Notes: generated from the letters alone by a model not told the origin. Positions 38,061 to 48,653 are shown, counted from the first letter of the stretch. The stretch is DNA of 52,107 bases from Promethearchaeota archaeon (GCA_048938445.1 JBHLME010000012.1:1-52107); one strand, 5' to 3'. Numbers and translations: made by a program.

Positions 38061-38795
38061 TTAATTCGTCAAGAACCTTTTTATTCTTTCAGGTAAAATA
38101 AAACCAAAGTAAAATTCGATAGCGCTTGACATTAAAAGTAATCTAAGAATAACTAATGAGCTAGCATTCGTTGGTAGAATCGCATCTAAAAGGCCTCCAA
38201 TTGCGAAGGATGGAAATGCAATTAATAGAAAAACACCTTTCCATTTTGTTTCAGACTCACCAATTTTAATGGTTTTAATTGCAAATGCAATCCCACTAAT
38301 CATAATTATTACAATAATAATTATTATAAATGAAGCCATTTCTATGCTTTTACTGCTTGTATCAACAGCAGATTCTTTATCTGCTATTAAATTTACATCA
38401 AGAATTAGATAAATTACAAAAAGGGTATAAAAAACTACTGAATAAATAATGATACTTAGAAGAATCAATTTCTGTCGCTTCTTTAACATGAAGTTAGTAA
38501 ATGCCATCATCCAAGAGACTACTCCTATAGGTAATGGTATAAAATTTATCAATAATATTGCCTCAAGTGGAAGGCCTTCCCCTCCATTAAAAAATGACCA
38601 AATAAAAGAAACACTTGTTCCATACCATCCTGAACAAAAAAAAATCCAAGCTATTCCAACATAAAGAAGATTGATATTTTTATTCTTAAAATATTTAATA
38701 ACGATACTTAATCCAACAATAATAGTAATCGATACAAATATAAGACCTAATATTCCATTTGCAATATCTAAGGGTTCTAAAGGTGCCATTTTCAA
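38061..38795 (-). CDS. Polytopic (~7 TM) membrane protein
   Basis: Seven hydrophobic segments, C-terminal YFGFILP. Confidence 0.7.
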   Translation of the reverse strand: MKMAPLEPLDIANGILGLIFVSITIIVGLSIVIKYFKNKNINLLYVGIAWIFFCSGWYGTSVSFIWSFFNGGEGLPLEAILLINFIPLPIGVVSWMMAFTNFMLKKRQKLILLSIIIYSVVFYTLFVIYLILDVNLIADKESAVDTSSKSIEMASFIIIIIVIIMISGIAFAIKTIKIGESETKWKGVFLLIAFPSFAIGGLLDAILPTNASSLVILRLLLMSSAIEFYFGFILPERIKRFLTN

Positions 38796-38933
38796 ATTCC
38801 CATTTTATTATTCTTTTAAAAAAATATAGCTGAACAATTATTTAAATCTTAATTTATCACAAATTTTGATATTAATTTTATATCTAAACACTTTTTACTT
38901 TTAAAATTATATTTTGTCAAATCAAGAAATAGA

Positions 38934-39419
38934 TTAGTCTAAAATTTTCACATCTACTTGCATTAACTCTTTATTGAAATAGATAAATCCATTCAATTTA
39001 AATGATCGAGCACTCATTATTGTCCAAATCTGATTTTTAAACGCTTTATTGCCACAATCATCCAAATATTCCATATTTCCGTGATCTGTTCCACTTGGAT
39101 GCGCTCCGGATGGATGGGAGTGAAAAATACTGACCATTCGTAAATTATAGTGTTGCGCTGCCTCTTTAAAAATTGAATTTAACTTCTCGATATCATTGAT
39201 TAGAAAAGCAACAGGAGATTTTTTATTGGATTCAATGCAATTGAATTGTTTTCCAATATAATATATTTCATATACTTCTGAATCGGGACTTTGAACTTGT
39301 TTGATATCTCCAAAAATTAGTCCACAAGCTTCGTTTGGTCTTGCATTTTTTACACAAGTCTTTAATTTGGTCAGAATTTGCTGATTAATAACAATCTTAA
39401 TATATGATTCAAATTTCAC
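38934..39419 (-). CDS. JAB/MPN+ (JAMM) metalloisopeptidase
   Basis: PNEACG and FHSHPSGAHPSGTD (E...HxH-x7-S-x2-D-type motif). Confidence 0.9.
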   Translation of the reverse strand: MKFESYIKIVINQQILTKLKTCVKNARPNEACGLIFGDIKQVQSPDSEVYEIYYIGKQFNCIESNKKSPVAFLINDIEKLNSIFKEAAQHYNLRMVSIFHSHPSGAHPSGTDHGNMEYLDDCGNKAFKNQIWTIMSARSFKLNGFIYFNKELMQVDVKILD

Positions 39420-39437
39420 TATTATAAACCTTCATTG

Positions 39438-40112
39438 TTATATTAAAGTTAATGCAGCATTTAATGCCGCTAATCTTGCTTTTTGTGGACTATCACCTAA
39501 TCCAATTATTATCACATCATTAGATTTCAAATTTGCATCCACTAATTCTTTTTTAAAATATTGTTGGACGTTGTTATTTATCTCTATTTGATCCATATCG
39601 CTATCTGAAGAAACTATAGAAGGAAATATGAATTGATTACCGTTATAAATGAGACAAGTTGCCCCTGAACCATCTATTTTAATAGCTGCGTCCCTTTGAG
39701 CAATACCATCTGTGATTTTATTTGCTGCGTTTTTAATTAAGCAGAAATATGAGTTCATATCTTCTTTTTCTATTAAAATTTCTTTTAGAATTAAAGAATT
39801 CCCTTCTTTCAAAATGGGAACTACATTTTTAATTTTCTTTAAAAAAATTTGTCCTTTGTTAGTTAATTTATGTCCTTTTTTTTGATTTTTATTAGTTACT
39901 ACAGAAATAAAATTAATTTTTTTATTTAATTTAGTAATTAATGATTTCACTGTTCCAGATCCAATTAATAGTTCCTCTTTTAGACGATATCTGCCCATTC
40001 CTTCCTGATCTTTAAGTTCTCCAAAAAGATAAATAGCTAAAATTATGTGAATATAATCAAATGAAGGTTTTATAGTCGCACTATCAAATAAATCGTCTAA
40101 TTCTTCAAACAA
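39438..40112 (-). CDS. wHTH plus DUF4443-like protein
   Basis: MGRYRLKEELLIGSGTVKSL HTH; GIAQRDAAIKIDGSGAT. Confidence 0.7.
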   Translation of the reverse strand: MFEELDDLFDSATIKPSFDYIHIILAIYLFGELKDQEGMGRYRLKEELLIGSGTVKSLITKLNKKINFISVVTNKNQKKGHKLTNKGQIFLKKIKNVVPILKEGNSLILKEILIEKEDMNSYFCLIKNAANKITDGIAQRDAAIKIDGSGATCLIYNGNQFIFPSIVSSDSDMDQIEINNNVQQYFKKELVDANLKSNDVIIIGLGDSPQKARLAALNAALTLI

Positions 40113-40417
40113 GAGCCGTCCTTAATGCTTTAATTTAAGTTCTATTATTTTAACTTAATTATACATTAAAATATAAAGGTTTTGATGCGTTGTTTTATGA
40201 ATATGAAAAAAATATTGCTTAAAAATTTAGAAAAATATGTTAGAATTCAATTATATATTTATTAGATATATGTAATATATTGCATATATCCAATATGGAA
40301 GAATTGAAATTTAAAAAAAATAGAACATTAATCGTAAATTCTATTGTAAAAAAATTTATGCTTTAAATATTATCAATTAATTACAGAAATAAAATCATAA
40401 GATGAGTTATTTATATC

Positions 40418-41413
40418 ATGACAGATAATCTACATAAAATTCAGGAACTTGTTCTTTTTAAAGAAAAAAAATCTCAATTTGAAGCAATTAAAAAAGAAGA
40501 TAAGTATAAATTTGAAAAGGAAGAGCAAGAAGATAAAATTCAAATTAGATATGAATTAAAACCTATTGGTAGATACTATCGATATTCATTTATGGTCATT
40601 AATTCTAATAAATCTCCGATAACTGAAGTTAAAATTAAAATAATACTTCCTAATTTCATGGAAGTTTATCGTTCTTCACCACCAACAGCTGAAACCGAGA
40701 TACTAAAAAAAAATGAAACTGAAGTTAAAGTAAAGTTTAATGAAATAGAAGGTAGATCAAATAAACAAATAAATTTATATTTAATTCCGTTAAATTTAAA
40801 CAAGGATGGAGAAATTCGCAGTTTTCTTACTTTTATAAATACCAAGGATTTAGTGAGAGTAATTAATTCTGATCCAATAAAAATATACATTCCTGAATTA
40901 GCTATTGAAAATCTGATCATCCCAAGTTCAAAAATACCTGAAATATATCAGGATAAGAGATTTAAAAAATCTTTAATTAGCTTAGGGGTAGTAACAAAAC
41001 GCACTCAAGATTTACAAGTTTACTTGGACAACATGGAACGTAAATTAAAACTATTAAATTTTCAATTTATTACTCGAGATATTGATAACAAAGTTACATG
41101 GTATTTTGGTACATGTTGGAATAAAAATAAGATTGAAACAACAAAACAATATGAAGTGCTTTTGATTGGACAAATTATATCAGGTAAAATTGAGTTTTTA
41201 CTACTATGTGAAAATCAAGACTATTTAGTCTCACTTTCAACTTTAGTATTTAATGAATTTAAATCTGTAATCATGCATAAAAGTTCGATTAAATCTGAGA
41301 ATCAGATCTTGAATCTAGAATGTAAATCTTGTGGAGTAGTACTACCTTATTTACCTGATAAAGGAGAAAAAATTACATGTAATAAATGTCAATATCAGCA
41401 AGTTATTTGGTAA
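40418..41413 (+). CDS. Hypothetical protein: Ig-like beta-sandwich, alpha/beta platform and C-terminal zinc ribbon
   Basis: Beta-strand pattern YRYSFMVINSNKSPITEVKIKIILP; C-terminal CKSCG...CNKC. Confidence 0.6.
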   Translation: MTDNLHKIQELVLFKEKKSQFEAIKKEDKYKFEKEEQEDKIQIRYELKPIGRYYRYSFMVINSNKSPITEVKIKIILPNFMEVYRSSPPTAETEILKKNETEVKVKFNEIEGRSNKQINLYLIPLNLNKDGEIRSFLTFINTKDLVRVINSDPIKIYIPELAIENLIIPSSKIPEIYQDKRFKKSLISLGVVTKRTQDLQVYLDNMERKLKLLNFQFITRDIDNKVTWYFGTCWNKNKIETTKQYEVLLIGQIISGKIEFLLLCENQDYLVSLSTLVFNEFKSVIMHKSSIKSENQILNLECKSCGVVLPYLPDKGEKITCNKCQYQQVIW

Positions 41414-41421
41414 GATATTTG

Positions 41422-42171
41422 CTATTTATTTCTATCTATTAATTTACTAATTTCATCATACGAACCTAATAATTTTCTCACTTCAGAGTTATTCAAACCT
41501 TCTGATGGAGAACCTTCAAAAACATATTGTCCATTATCTATTACTAACATCTTAGTAGCCCAGTTTTCTACGAAGAATAAGTTATGTGAAGTAAAAAGTA
41601 TAGTCATTTTTTCAGATTTTCTCAATTCTTCGATGATTTTTAAATGGTTATAAATTGATATAAAATCAAGATTGGCAAAAGGTTCATCCAATATCAATAA
41701 TTTAGGTTTCATGACGAGCAATCCTGCTAATGCTGCTCTCTTTTTTTGACCCCAAGAAAGATTGAATGGCGATTGAGATTTAAATTCTAATAAATTTACG
41801 GCTTTAAGTGCCCAATCAACTCTATTTTTAACTTCTTTTTCATCAAGTTTTAAATTTCTTGCTGCAAATCCCACATCCTCTTGTATTGTTGGGGCAAATA
41901 ACTGGTCATCGGGATTTTGGAATAAAAATCCAATCTGTTGTCTGATTTTCCATAATTCTTGTTTATTTCTAGTTAGGGATTCTCCATAGATCTTTATAGT
42001 TCCTGAATCAGGTTTTAGTAGACCAACTAATAAACGAAGCAGTGTAGTTTTACCTGCACCGTTATTTCCCGTTAACGCAAAAATAGAATTTTCCTCAATT
42101 TTAAATGACAGGTCCTTGATTCCAAAATCTGAGTTTTCCTTTATATTGTATTTAAAATTTAGCTCATCCAC
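41422..42171 (-). CDS. cbiO: ECF transporter ATPase
   Basis: GNNGAGKTT, FQNPDDQLFAPT, LSWGQKKR, ILDEP. Confidence 0.92.
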   Translation of the reverse strand: MDELNFKYNIKENSDFGIKDLSFKIEENSIFALTGNNGAGKTTLLRLLVGLLKPDSGTIKIYGESLTRNKQELWKIRQQIGFLFQNPDDQLFAPTIQEDVGFAARNLKLDEKEVKNRVDWALKAVNLLEFKSQSPFNLSWGQKKRAALAGLLVMKPKLLILDEPFANLDFISIYNHLKIIEELRKSEKMTILFTSHNLFFVENWATKMLVIDNGQYVFEGSPSEGLNNSEVRKLLGSYDEISKLIDRNK

Positions 42172-42173
42172 AT

Positions 42174-42965
42174 CTATGGCAAAAATAATCCAACAACTCC
42201 TGTATATATTGCTCGTAAATCGATAAGAACGAAAAAAATCATCGAGGAAATAAGTACAATCAAAATAAGAACATCAAAAAACTTAATTTTCCTTGCAGCA
42301 AAGGTGATCTTACCGGAATATCCTCTCATCTTTAAGCTCTCATATAATCTTTCACTTCGTTCCATGTTCATTACTATACTTTTACCCATTATATAAGCAT
42401 GGGTTTTTAGTTTTTCTTTATATGTAGTAATTTTTTTTCCTCTCAATTCTTGGGCTATTAGAATTTTCTTATTCGAATTAGCTAAAATTGGAATGTAATG
42501 AAGCATGATGATGAAACTTCCAATAAAAAAGGAAGGTAACCTTAATTTTGTAAGAGTTTCAATGAATTCAGAATAGGTTAAAGAAGAAAAAAAAGTTAAA
42601 AATACAAATATTGCCCCAAAAATTCTTAACAAGAGAAGTATAGCAAATTCTAAACCTTCTCTATATACAGTAAACACACCTAGTTGTAAAATTACGGAAG
42701 ATCCAAAATAAAATGGTATAAAAATGGTCATAAGTAAGACAAAAGGAATTATTTTCTTTATTCGAGACAATACTCTTAAGATTTTAATCCGAATAATCAA
42801 CCCAATTATTAAAGTAATGACTATTATAGTACATGTTAAATAAATGTCATTCACAATCAGAAAAGGTATGACTAATATGAATGGAATTAGAAAGTTAATA
42901 ATCGGATGAATTCTTTTTAGCAGACAAGGTTCCTCTTCGTGTCTAAATGGTAAGGTTGCGTCCAA
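42174..42965 (-). CDS. cbiQ: ECF transporter T component
   Basis: TM helices, AQELRG and ERSERLYESLKMRGY. Confidence 0.88.
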   Translation of the reverse strand: MDATLPFRHEEEPCLLKRIHPIINFLIPFILVIPFLIVNDIYLTCTIIVITLIIGLIIRIKILRVLSRIKKIIPFVLLMTIFIPFYFGSSVILQLGVFTVYREGLEFAILLLLRIFGAIFVFLTFFSSLTYSEFIETLTKLRLPSFFIGSFIIMLHYIPILANSNKKILIAQELRGKKITTYKEKLKTHAYIMGKSIVMNMERSERLYESLKMRGYSGKITFAARKIKFFDVLILIVLISSMIFFVLIDLRAIYTGVVGLFLP

Positions 42966-43049
42966 ACCTGCAATTCTCTTATAATTATTATATTAATTTG
43001 TTAAATAATTTATGAATTGTTAAATACTTAGTTCTTTTTATATATTAGA

Positions 43050-43171
43050 ATATGAAATAATTTTGGATTCACTTTCATATGTATTTTTATAATTTAAATA
43101 AATAATCTAAAACCTAAATGTTTATATATAAAAGTATCATTCTTCATACTAAATTAGAAATTCTTCATACT
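43050..43171. promoter_or_regulatory. Putative metalloregulator sites in the divergent cbiQO / cbiMN promoter
   Basis: Inverted repeat ATATGAAA-N15-TTTCATAT (43050-43080); TATA 43121-43128; direct repeat ATTCTTCATACT at 43139 and 43160. Confidence 0.5.
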
Positions 43172-43206
43172 CAAATAAAAAAACATTTAATAGGAGGAAA
43201 TTTAAA

Positions 43207-43890
43207 ATGCATTTACCGGATGGATACTTAAGTCCTATTACTTTAATCATTTTATGGATTATAACAATTTCCATTATGATAATAGGATTCTATAGGATTG
43301 GAAATAGTAAATTTTTTGTTGAAGAAGAATCTGATAAATTAATCCCATATATTGGAGTAATCGCTGCAGTCATTTTTGCTTTTCAGTTCGTTAATTATCC
43401 TATTCCTGGGGGCACATCTGGCCATTTAGTTGGAGGCACGCTTGTTGCTGTAATCCTTGGTCCTTGGGCTTCAGTTATTGTACTATTTTTAGTCTTATTG
43501 GTTCAAAGCTTTTTCGGTGATGGTGGTATTACTGCATTGGGTGCAAATGCCTTTAATATGGGGATTATCGGTGGAATAATAGGGCTTTTTATCGTTAAAG
43601 GAATTATTAAATTATTAAATCTTACAAAAATTAAGAAAGAATATAAGGTTACAATAGCAACAGCTATAGGTTCTTTTATTGCTATCGTATTTGCTGCTGC
43701 CATTTGCGGTCTTGAACTAGCAATATCATATCCGCTTGAATATCCAATACAATTGGTTATACCTGGAATGGTTTTTTGGCATTTGCTAATAGGAATAGGT
43801 GAAGCAGTGATCTCAGCTTTGATTGTCTTTTATATATATAATACCAAGCCATCGCTGATATTGACTGAAACTTTCTTAGGGGTGAATTAA
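43207..43890 (+). CDS. cbiM: ECF Ni/Co transporter S component CbiM/NikM
   Basis: MHLPDG N-terminus, GTSGHLVG, GDGGITALGAN, IGIGEA. Confidence 0.93.
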   Translation: MHLPDGYLSPITLIILWIITISIMIIGFYRIGNSKFFVEEESDKLIPYIGVIAAVIFAFQFVNYPIPGGTSGHLVGGTLVAVILGPWASVIVLFLVLLVQSFFGDGGITALGANAFNMGIIGGIIGLFIVKGIIKLLNLTKIKKEYKVTIATAIGSFIAIVFAAAICGLELAISYPLEYPIQLVIPGMVFWHLLIGIGEAVISALIVFYIYNTKPSLILTETFLGVN

Positions 43891-43893
43891 AAA

Positions 43894-44199
43894 ATGTCTT
43901 ATTTGAAACGATATAAAATACCTTTAATTACGATATTTGTTGTTACATTTGGTTTAATATTAATGATGACTTTTGGATATGCAATTGGAATACTATCAGG
44001 AGCTCCTGATGGTCTTGAAAGAGTAATGAATGATATAGGAGCTGAAGAACCAGTATCACCATTTGCACCACTTTTAGGTTTCATAGAGAATGATTATGTA
44101 ATAGCCATCTTAGGTATTTCACTAATAATATCGATTACAGTTGTTTCTTTCTATCTAATAGGATTTATAAAAAAAAAAAGAATTAATAATCAGATTTAA
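43894..44199 (+). CDS. PDGLE-domain protein (NikN-like)
   Basis: PDGLE motif between two TM helices. Confidence 0.85.
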   Translation: MSYLKRYKIPLITIFVVTFGLILMMTFGYAIGILSGAPDGLERVMNDIGAEEPVSPFAPLLGFIENDYVIAILGISLIISITVVSFYLIGFIKKKRINNQI

Positions 44200-44330
44200 T
44201 ATTTTTTTATTAACTCATTTTTTTTATTAATAGACCTATTGGTTCTATTTAGAAAAAAGATATTTTTATTAACTTTAAATCCTAATTATTTACTTAATTC
44301 TTTAATACAATATAGGAAATAGAATAGAAT

Positions 44331-44726
44331 ATGATATTTGCAAATCCACTTCCCTGGTTCTTAAGTCAAGATACAATCACATTATTGTTAATTATACTCA
44401 TTTGGTTTTTAATTAACCTATTGATCACGACAATTTTTCTTAAAATAGCTTTAGCAATTGTAGGAGCAAAGCATACGGATTTTGGTGAAGTTTTTGTTAC
44501 TGCTTTAGTAGTCACGCTCCTTTGTTCTTTATTGTTCATATACTGGTGGCTTACCATAATAACACTTATTTTAGTATTTTATTTCATAGGTAAACGTCAT
44601 GAGATAGGATTTTGCATGGCAATAATCGTGACAATATTAGCTATAATAATTGCTTTTCTAGTGATATTTTTACTCATAATTGTTTTAGGAGCACTAGGAC
44701 TAACCATCCAATATCTCTTCTTTTAA
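44331..44726 (+). CDS. Small polytopic membrane protein
   Basis: Highly hydrophobic 131-aa ORF. Confidence 0.7.
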   Translation: MIFANPLPWFLSQDTITLLLIILIWFLINLLITTIFLKIALAIVGAKHTDFGEVFVTALVVTLLCSLLFIYWWLTIITLILVFYFIGKRHEIGFCMAIIVTILAIIIAFLVIFLLIIVLGALGLTIQYLFF

Positions 44727-44760
44727 TTTTTTTTTAAAATCTTTTGTTGGTTAATTTAAT

Positions 44761-46203
44761 ATGAAAAAATCTGAGAATTATTCTGACATAGTGCCTTTGA
44801 AGCAAAAATTGGTATATGGTTTCTCGGCATTTCCTTATACTTTTTATGGTGCTGTAATGGCATTAATTCAATCATTCTTTTATGGTTGGATGGGTCTCCA
44901 AAATTTTTGGATTGTAATTGCTCAGATAATATACTCTTTATGGAATGTCATAAATGATCCGATATTTGGTAATAAGATTTCAAATACGCGCTATTATGAT
45001 AAGAGAAAAAGAAAAAATCAAAGATACATGCCCTACATAAAATATGGTGCTCCATTTCTTTCATTATTTTTTGCGATCACCTTTTTTCCTCCTGGATCGT
45101 GGAGAGGGGGTCAAGGAACTATCCAATTTTGGCTTTTTGCATGGTACCTCTGCTTTCAATTAGCTTACGATACTTTTTTTACGATCGTTGTAGGCAGTCA
45201 GATAGCACTTTTACCTCAATTGACCTTAAATCAGCGAGAAAGAGAAAAGATTCAAGGAATTAGCACGATATTTTATTTGCCGGCTAGCTTAATGGGATTC
45301 TTTATTCCAACCGCTTTATTAGCTGATCCTACAACAGAATCTGTTATGATTTTTCAAATAATCGTGATTATCTTGGCATTTTTTGGAATATTTCCTTACT
45401 TTCTTTTATACAGGTACATCCCAGAACATCAAGAACACATACCCGAGAAACGAGAAGGGCTCTGGAAATCCTTGAAACTTGCATCAAAAAATCAATCTTT
45501 TTTAATCTACGTGATTTATGATGGAATAACTGTATTTATTTTAAATTTATTAATAACAACATTACCTTTTTATATTACTTGGGTGTTAGCTCCTATAGAA
45601 GGATTTAACATCCTTTTATTTTTGATTGGACCAATTATATGTTTCATTATATCAGTTAAAATGACTTTTTATCTTTCTAAAAAATATTCTACAAAAGCTT
45701 CTTTGAGTTATTATTTTGGTATATCAATTATTGGATATTTTTTTACATTTTTTGCCGGAATTTTAGGTAATTGGGTGTTGATCAGTATGGGTTTCTCAAT
45801 TATAATGCTAGGTTTTGCGGGCGACTTTATCCAACATGAACCAATGCGTTCTGATACTATAGACTATGATTTCTGGAAAATTTCAGGTGAAAGAAGAGAA
45901 GGTCTTTATACAGGAATCGGAGCACTATTTAGTAAACCAATGATTAGTGTGGCGTTAATAACCCCGACTACTCTAATGACATTATTTGGATTAATTTCTG
46001 TAGGGGGTAATCTTGTAGCAACACAAGGTATGGCAATGGCCTCATTAAGCTTGAATATAGCACTTGGGCTTATTCCAGGATTAGTAAGTTTGATTGGTTT
46101 TATTATATGGGTAAAATTTTACCCTTTAACAAAAGATATTGTAATTCAAATGAAAAAGGAATTACATATCATCCACGAGCAAAGGAGAAAAGGTATAAAA
46201 TAA
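44761..46203 (+). CDS. MFS transporter, GPH/MelB-like family
   Basis: WNVINDPIFG, DTIDYD...GERREGLYTG, YPLT; about 12 TM. Confidence 0.88.
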   Translation: MKKSENYSDIVPLKQKLVYGFSAFPYTFYGAVMALIQSFFYGWMGLQNFWIVIAQIIYSLWNVINDPIFGNKISNTRYYDKRKRKNQRYMPYIKYGAPFLSLFFAITFFPPGSWRGGQGTIQFWLFAWYLCFQLAYDTFFTIVVGSQIALLPQLTLNQREREKIQGISTIFYLPASLMGFFIPTALLADPTTESVMIFQIIVIILAFFGIFPYFLLYRYIPEHQEHIPEKREGLWKSLKLASKNQSFLIYVIYDGITVFILNLLITTLPFYITWVLAPIEGFNILLFLIGPIICFIISVKMTFYLSKKYSTKASLSYYFGISIIGYFFTFFAGILGNWVLISMGFSIIMLGFAGDFIQHEPMRSDTIDYDFWKISGERREGLYTGIGALFSKPMISVALITPTTLMTLFGLISVGGNLVATQGMAMASLSLNIALGLIPGLVSLIGFIIWVKFYPLTKDIVIQMKKELHIIHEQRRKGIK

Positions 46204-46209
46204 CCCTAT

Positions 46210-47100
46210 TTGATCATGTTGAGGAAAAGAATTAACGCTAAGAAAGGAGATGTCATACTAACTTCGAATTATCCATTAACTTACCAAGTTGTTAGTGTAT
46301 TTGGAGGGTATTGGGGTCATTGTGGGATGATAATGGATGATAAGGGAACAACTATTAGACATTGTAATTTTCACATGGATCAAGTAAAGATGGAATGGAA
46401 TATTATATTTGGTGTTAAAATTTTCCCTAAACGATTCATTCCAAGTAGTTTAAGCAATGGAATGCCTGGATTTATAACTCAAACAATTGATGAGGCTTTT
46501 TTCGGTAAAAATCCTGATTTTTTTATTGAAAATGGATTTGTTCTAAAACCATTACCAGAAAACGAAGAAAAATATAGGCCACTTCTTCATGAAGTTGCTG
46601 ATAAAATGGCTGATTTAGATGGATATTACCGGTTAAATTCATATATGCATTTAGACCAGCAAGATAATTCAAATCAAAGAAGACTTGGGAGGGGTACGGC
46701 ATGCACAGCCGCAATCTATTTTGCCCATAAATTCTGCGGAAAGGAAATGAACCTCGCGGAAATATCAGCTGAAATGGTCAAAAAAGCTTCTAAAAATTTA
46801 TACAATTATTTATGGACAATTGCCCTAGAAAAGTATGGAGTTGTAGGTAGTTCAATTCTGAAAGTAACTGATGTAGGGCGAAGAATGGGAAATCAAGTGG
46901 TTAACACCTATTTAGCAGATAGATCATCTGATATGACTGATTGGTGGAAACATAATATTAGATCAACGATCAATATTGCCCCTGATCACTTGCTTCCAAG
47001 AGAAGTTAAAAATCCAGATGGTAATGATGTAGGTGTTCAAGATGAAAACTCCTCTTATTATGGTGAAATTATTCCGATTATAATAAGTGAGATATCATAA
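46210..47100 (+). CDS. Permuted papain-like (NlpC/P60, YiiX/YebB-like) enzyme
   Basis: KKGDVIL...YWGHCGM (His) precedes ACTAAI (Cys); late IAPDHL motif. Confidence 0.6.
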   Translation: MIMLRKRINAKKGDVILTSNYPLTYQVVSVFGGYWGHCGMIMDDKGTTIRHCNFHMDQVKMEWNIIFGVKIFPKRFIPSSLSNGMPGFITQTIDEAFFGKNPDFFIENGFVLKPLPENEEKYRPLLHEVADKMADLDGYYRLNSYMHLDQQDNSNQRRLGRGTACTAAIYFAHKFCGKEMNLAEISAEMVKKASKNLYNYLWTIALEKYGVVGSSILKVTDVGRRMGNQVVNTYLADRSSDMTDWWKHNIRSTINIAPDHLLPREVKNPDGNDVGVQDENSSYYGEIIPIIISEIS

Positions 47101-47534
47101 TGATGATATTCAAGTTAAAATTATTTTATTTAATTTTTTCTACTTTTGTATGAACATTTTTTAACTTTAAATTAATTTTATCAAATGACAAATACCACAA
47201 AATTTCATTAAATAGCGTTCCAGAATTTGATCATTTTTTCCTTTTTTTCCTAATTCTCCACCCAATTTAAAAAAATGCAGAAAATATAATACTTTTTACA
47301 CTATATTAAAACAATTCTCTGAAAGAATGATTAATCCGTGAAATTATTCTAACTTACACCAGATTAATCAACTTTACAATTCTGAATTTTGTCGCGAAAT
47401 TTTTTTCATTTTTTTCTTGGAATTTTTCTGAATATACCAAAATCTTTAAATATATGAAAGCTGTTTTCTTTATTATACAACATTAAAAATTTTAAATACC
47501 TATTAAAAATTAATTTGTGGAGGAATGAAAAAAA

Positions 47535-47744
47535 ATGTCTGATTATATTTCCTGGAGTCCAATTCGAAGGTTAATGAAACACAATGGTGCTTTAATCGTA
47601 GCTCGAGACGCAGTCGATGAATTAGTTGACTGGATGGGCAAGAGTGCTGAAAGAATTACCAAAACTGCATTACAATTAACCAAACACTCCAAGAGAAAGA
47701 AAATTACTCGTGACGACATCTTACTCGCAATTAAATACTTTTAA
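47535..47744 (+). CDS. Archaeal histone (HMf-like)
   Basis: SPIRRLMK...A..V..DA...HSKRKKITRDDILLA; SD GGAGG. Confidence 0.93.
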   Translation: MSDYISWSPIRRLMKHNGALIVARDAVDELVDWMGKSAERITKTALQLTKHSKRKKITRDDILLAIKYF

Positions 47745-47905
47745 ACGTGAGTTATAACGTCAAAAACTTAATTTTTCTTTTTTTTTTAAATTTTATATGG
47801 TTCTAGTAAATTATTTCAATTTTATTTAACATAAAAGTTAAATATAATACAGAAATAAAAAGATATAATTGCTTTTATAGAATTATTATAAACCAGTCCT
47901 AAAAG

Positions 47906-48595
47906 ATGAAAAAAATTAGATCAAAATCAATAATCTCAATTTGCTTTTTATTTTTACTTGGAATAACTATGGTTGTTCCTGTAAATGGAGCAACTGCAAT
48001 CGTGTCTACAGAAGCAGATAAAGATAGTCATGTGAACTCTGCTGATGTAACAACTAATTACGGAGGAGAATATATGTTATATATTGGAGAATTAGATATT
48101 AATTCTTATGAAGCTTATTTGCATTTTACGTTCACTGATAAACCATTTAATTGGACAAAAGCATATATAATAATTGATGTTATGGCAATTTATATGACAG
48201 CTTCTATTAATCTTATTGTTAGTTTAATAAGCGATAGTTGGACAGAGACAGGAATTACTTGGTTAAATAAACCTGATCATAGGCAAGTAATTACCACGCT
48301 TTCGGTGTCTGAAGTGAAAGTCTACTGGATTGATGTGAGTAGTTTTATATCTGGGACGGACATTTCTATTTGTATCAATGCTTCTTCTCCTGCAGGTGGA
48401 TCTGTTATGGCAAGATCAAGAGAGGACGTGGGTCACCCACTTACTCCCTGCCCCCAGTTAGTTTGGATTTATGAAGCATCTGATAGTGAAGGGCGCATTC
48501 CAAGTTATAACGTGATCATACTTGTATCTTCTATAATTGGAATAACATGTATCATCATAATTAAAAAAAAAAAGCTAAAAACATTAAGAAAATAA
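47906..48595 (+). CDS. Secreted DNRLRE-like domain protein with Loki-CTERM-like anchor
   Basis: Signal peptide; ADKDSHV...NYG, WTETGITWLNKP, SRE...PQL; C-terminal IPSY + TM + KKKK. Confidence 0.78.
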   Translation: MKKIRSKSIISICFLFLLGITMVVPVNGATAIVSTEADKDSHVNSADVTTNYGGEYMLYIGELDINSYEAYLHFTFTDKPFNWTKAYIIIDVMAIYMTASINLIVSLISDSWTETGITWLNKPDHRQVITTLSVSEVKVYWIDVSSFISGTDISICINASSPAGGSVMARSREDVGHPLTPCPQLVWIYEASDSEGRIPSYNVIILVSSIIGITCIIIIKKKKLKTLRK

Positions 48596-48653
48596 TTTTT
48601 TTTTAATTTAATAGAATTCAAATGAAGTATTAATCTATTTTTTACTTTAATTA

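Noticed and set aside
47101-47534. ncRNA or hidden gene upstream of the histone (GATTAATC twice, TCGCGA core)
   Set aside because: Only short palindromes expected in AT-rich DNA; no convincing ORF or extended structure
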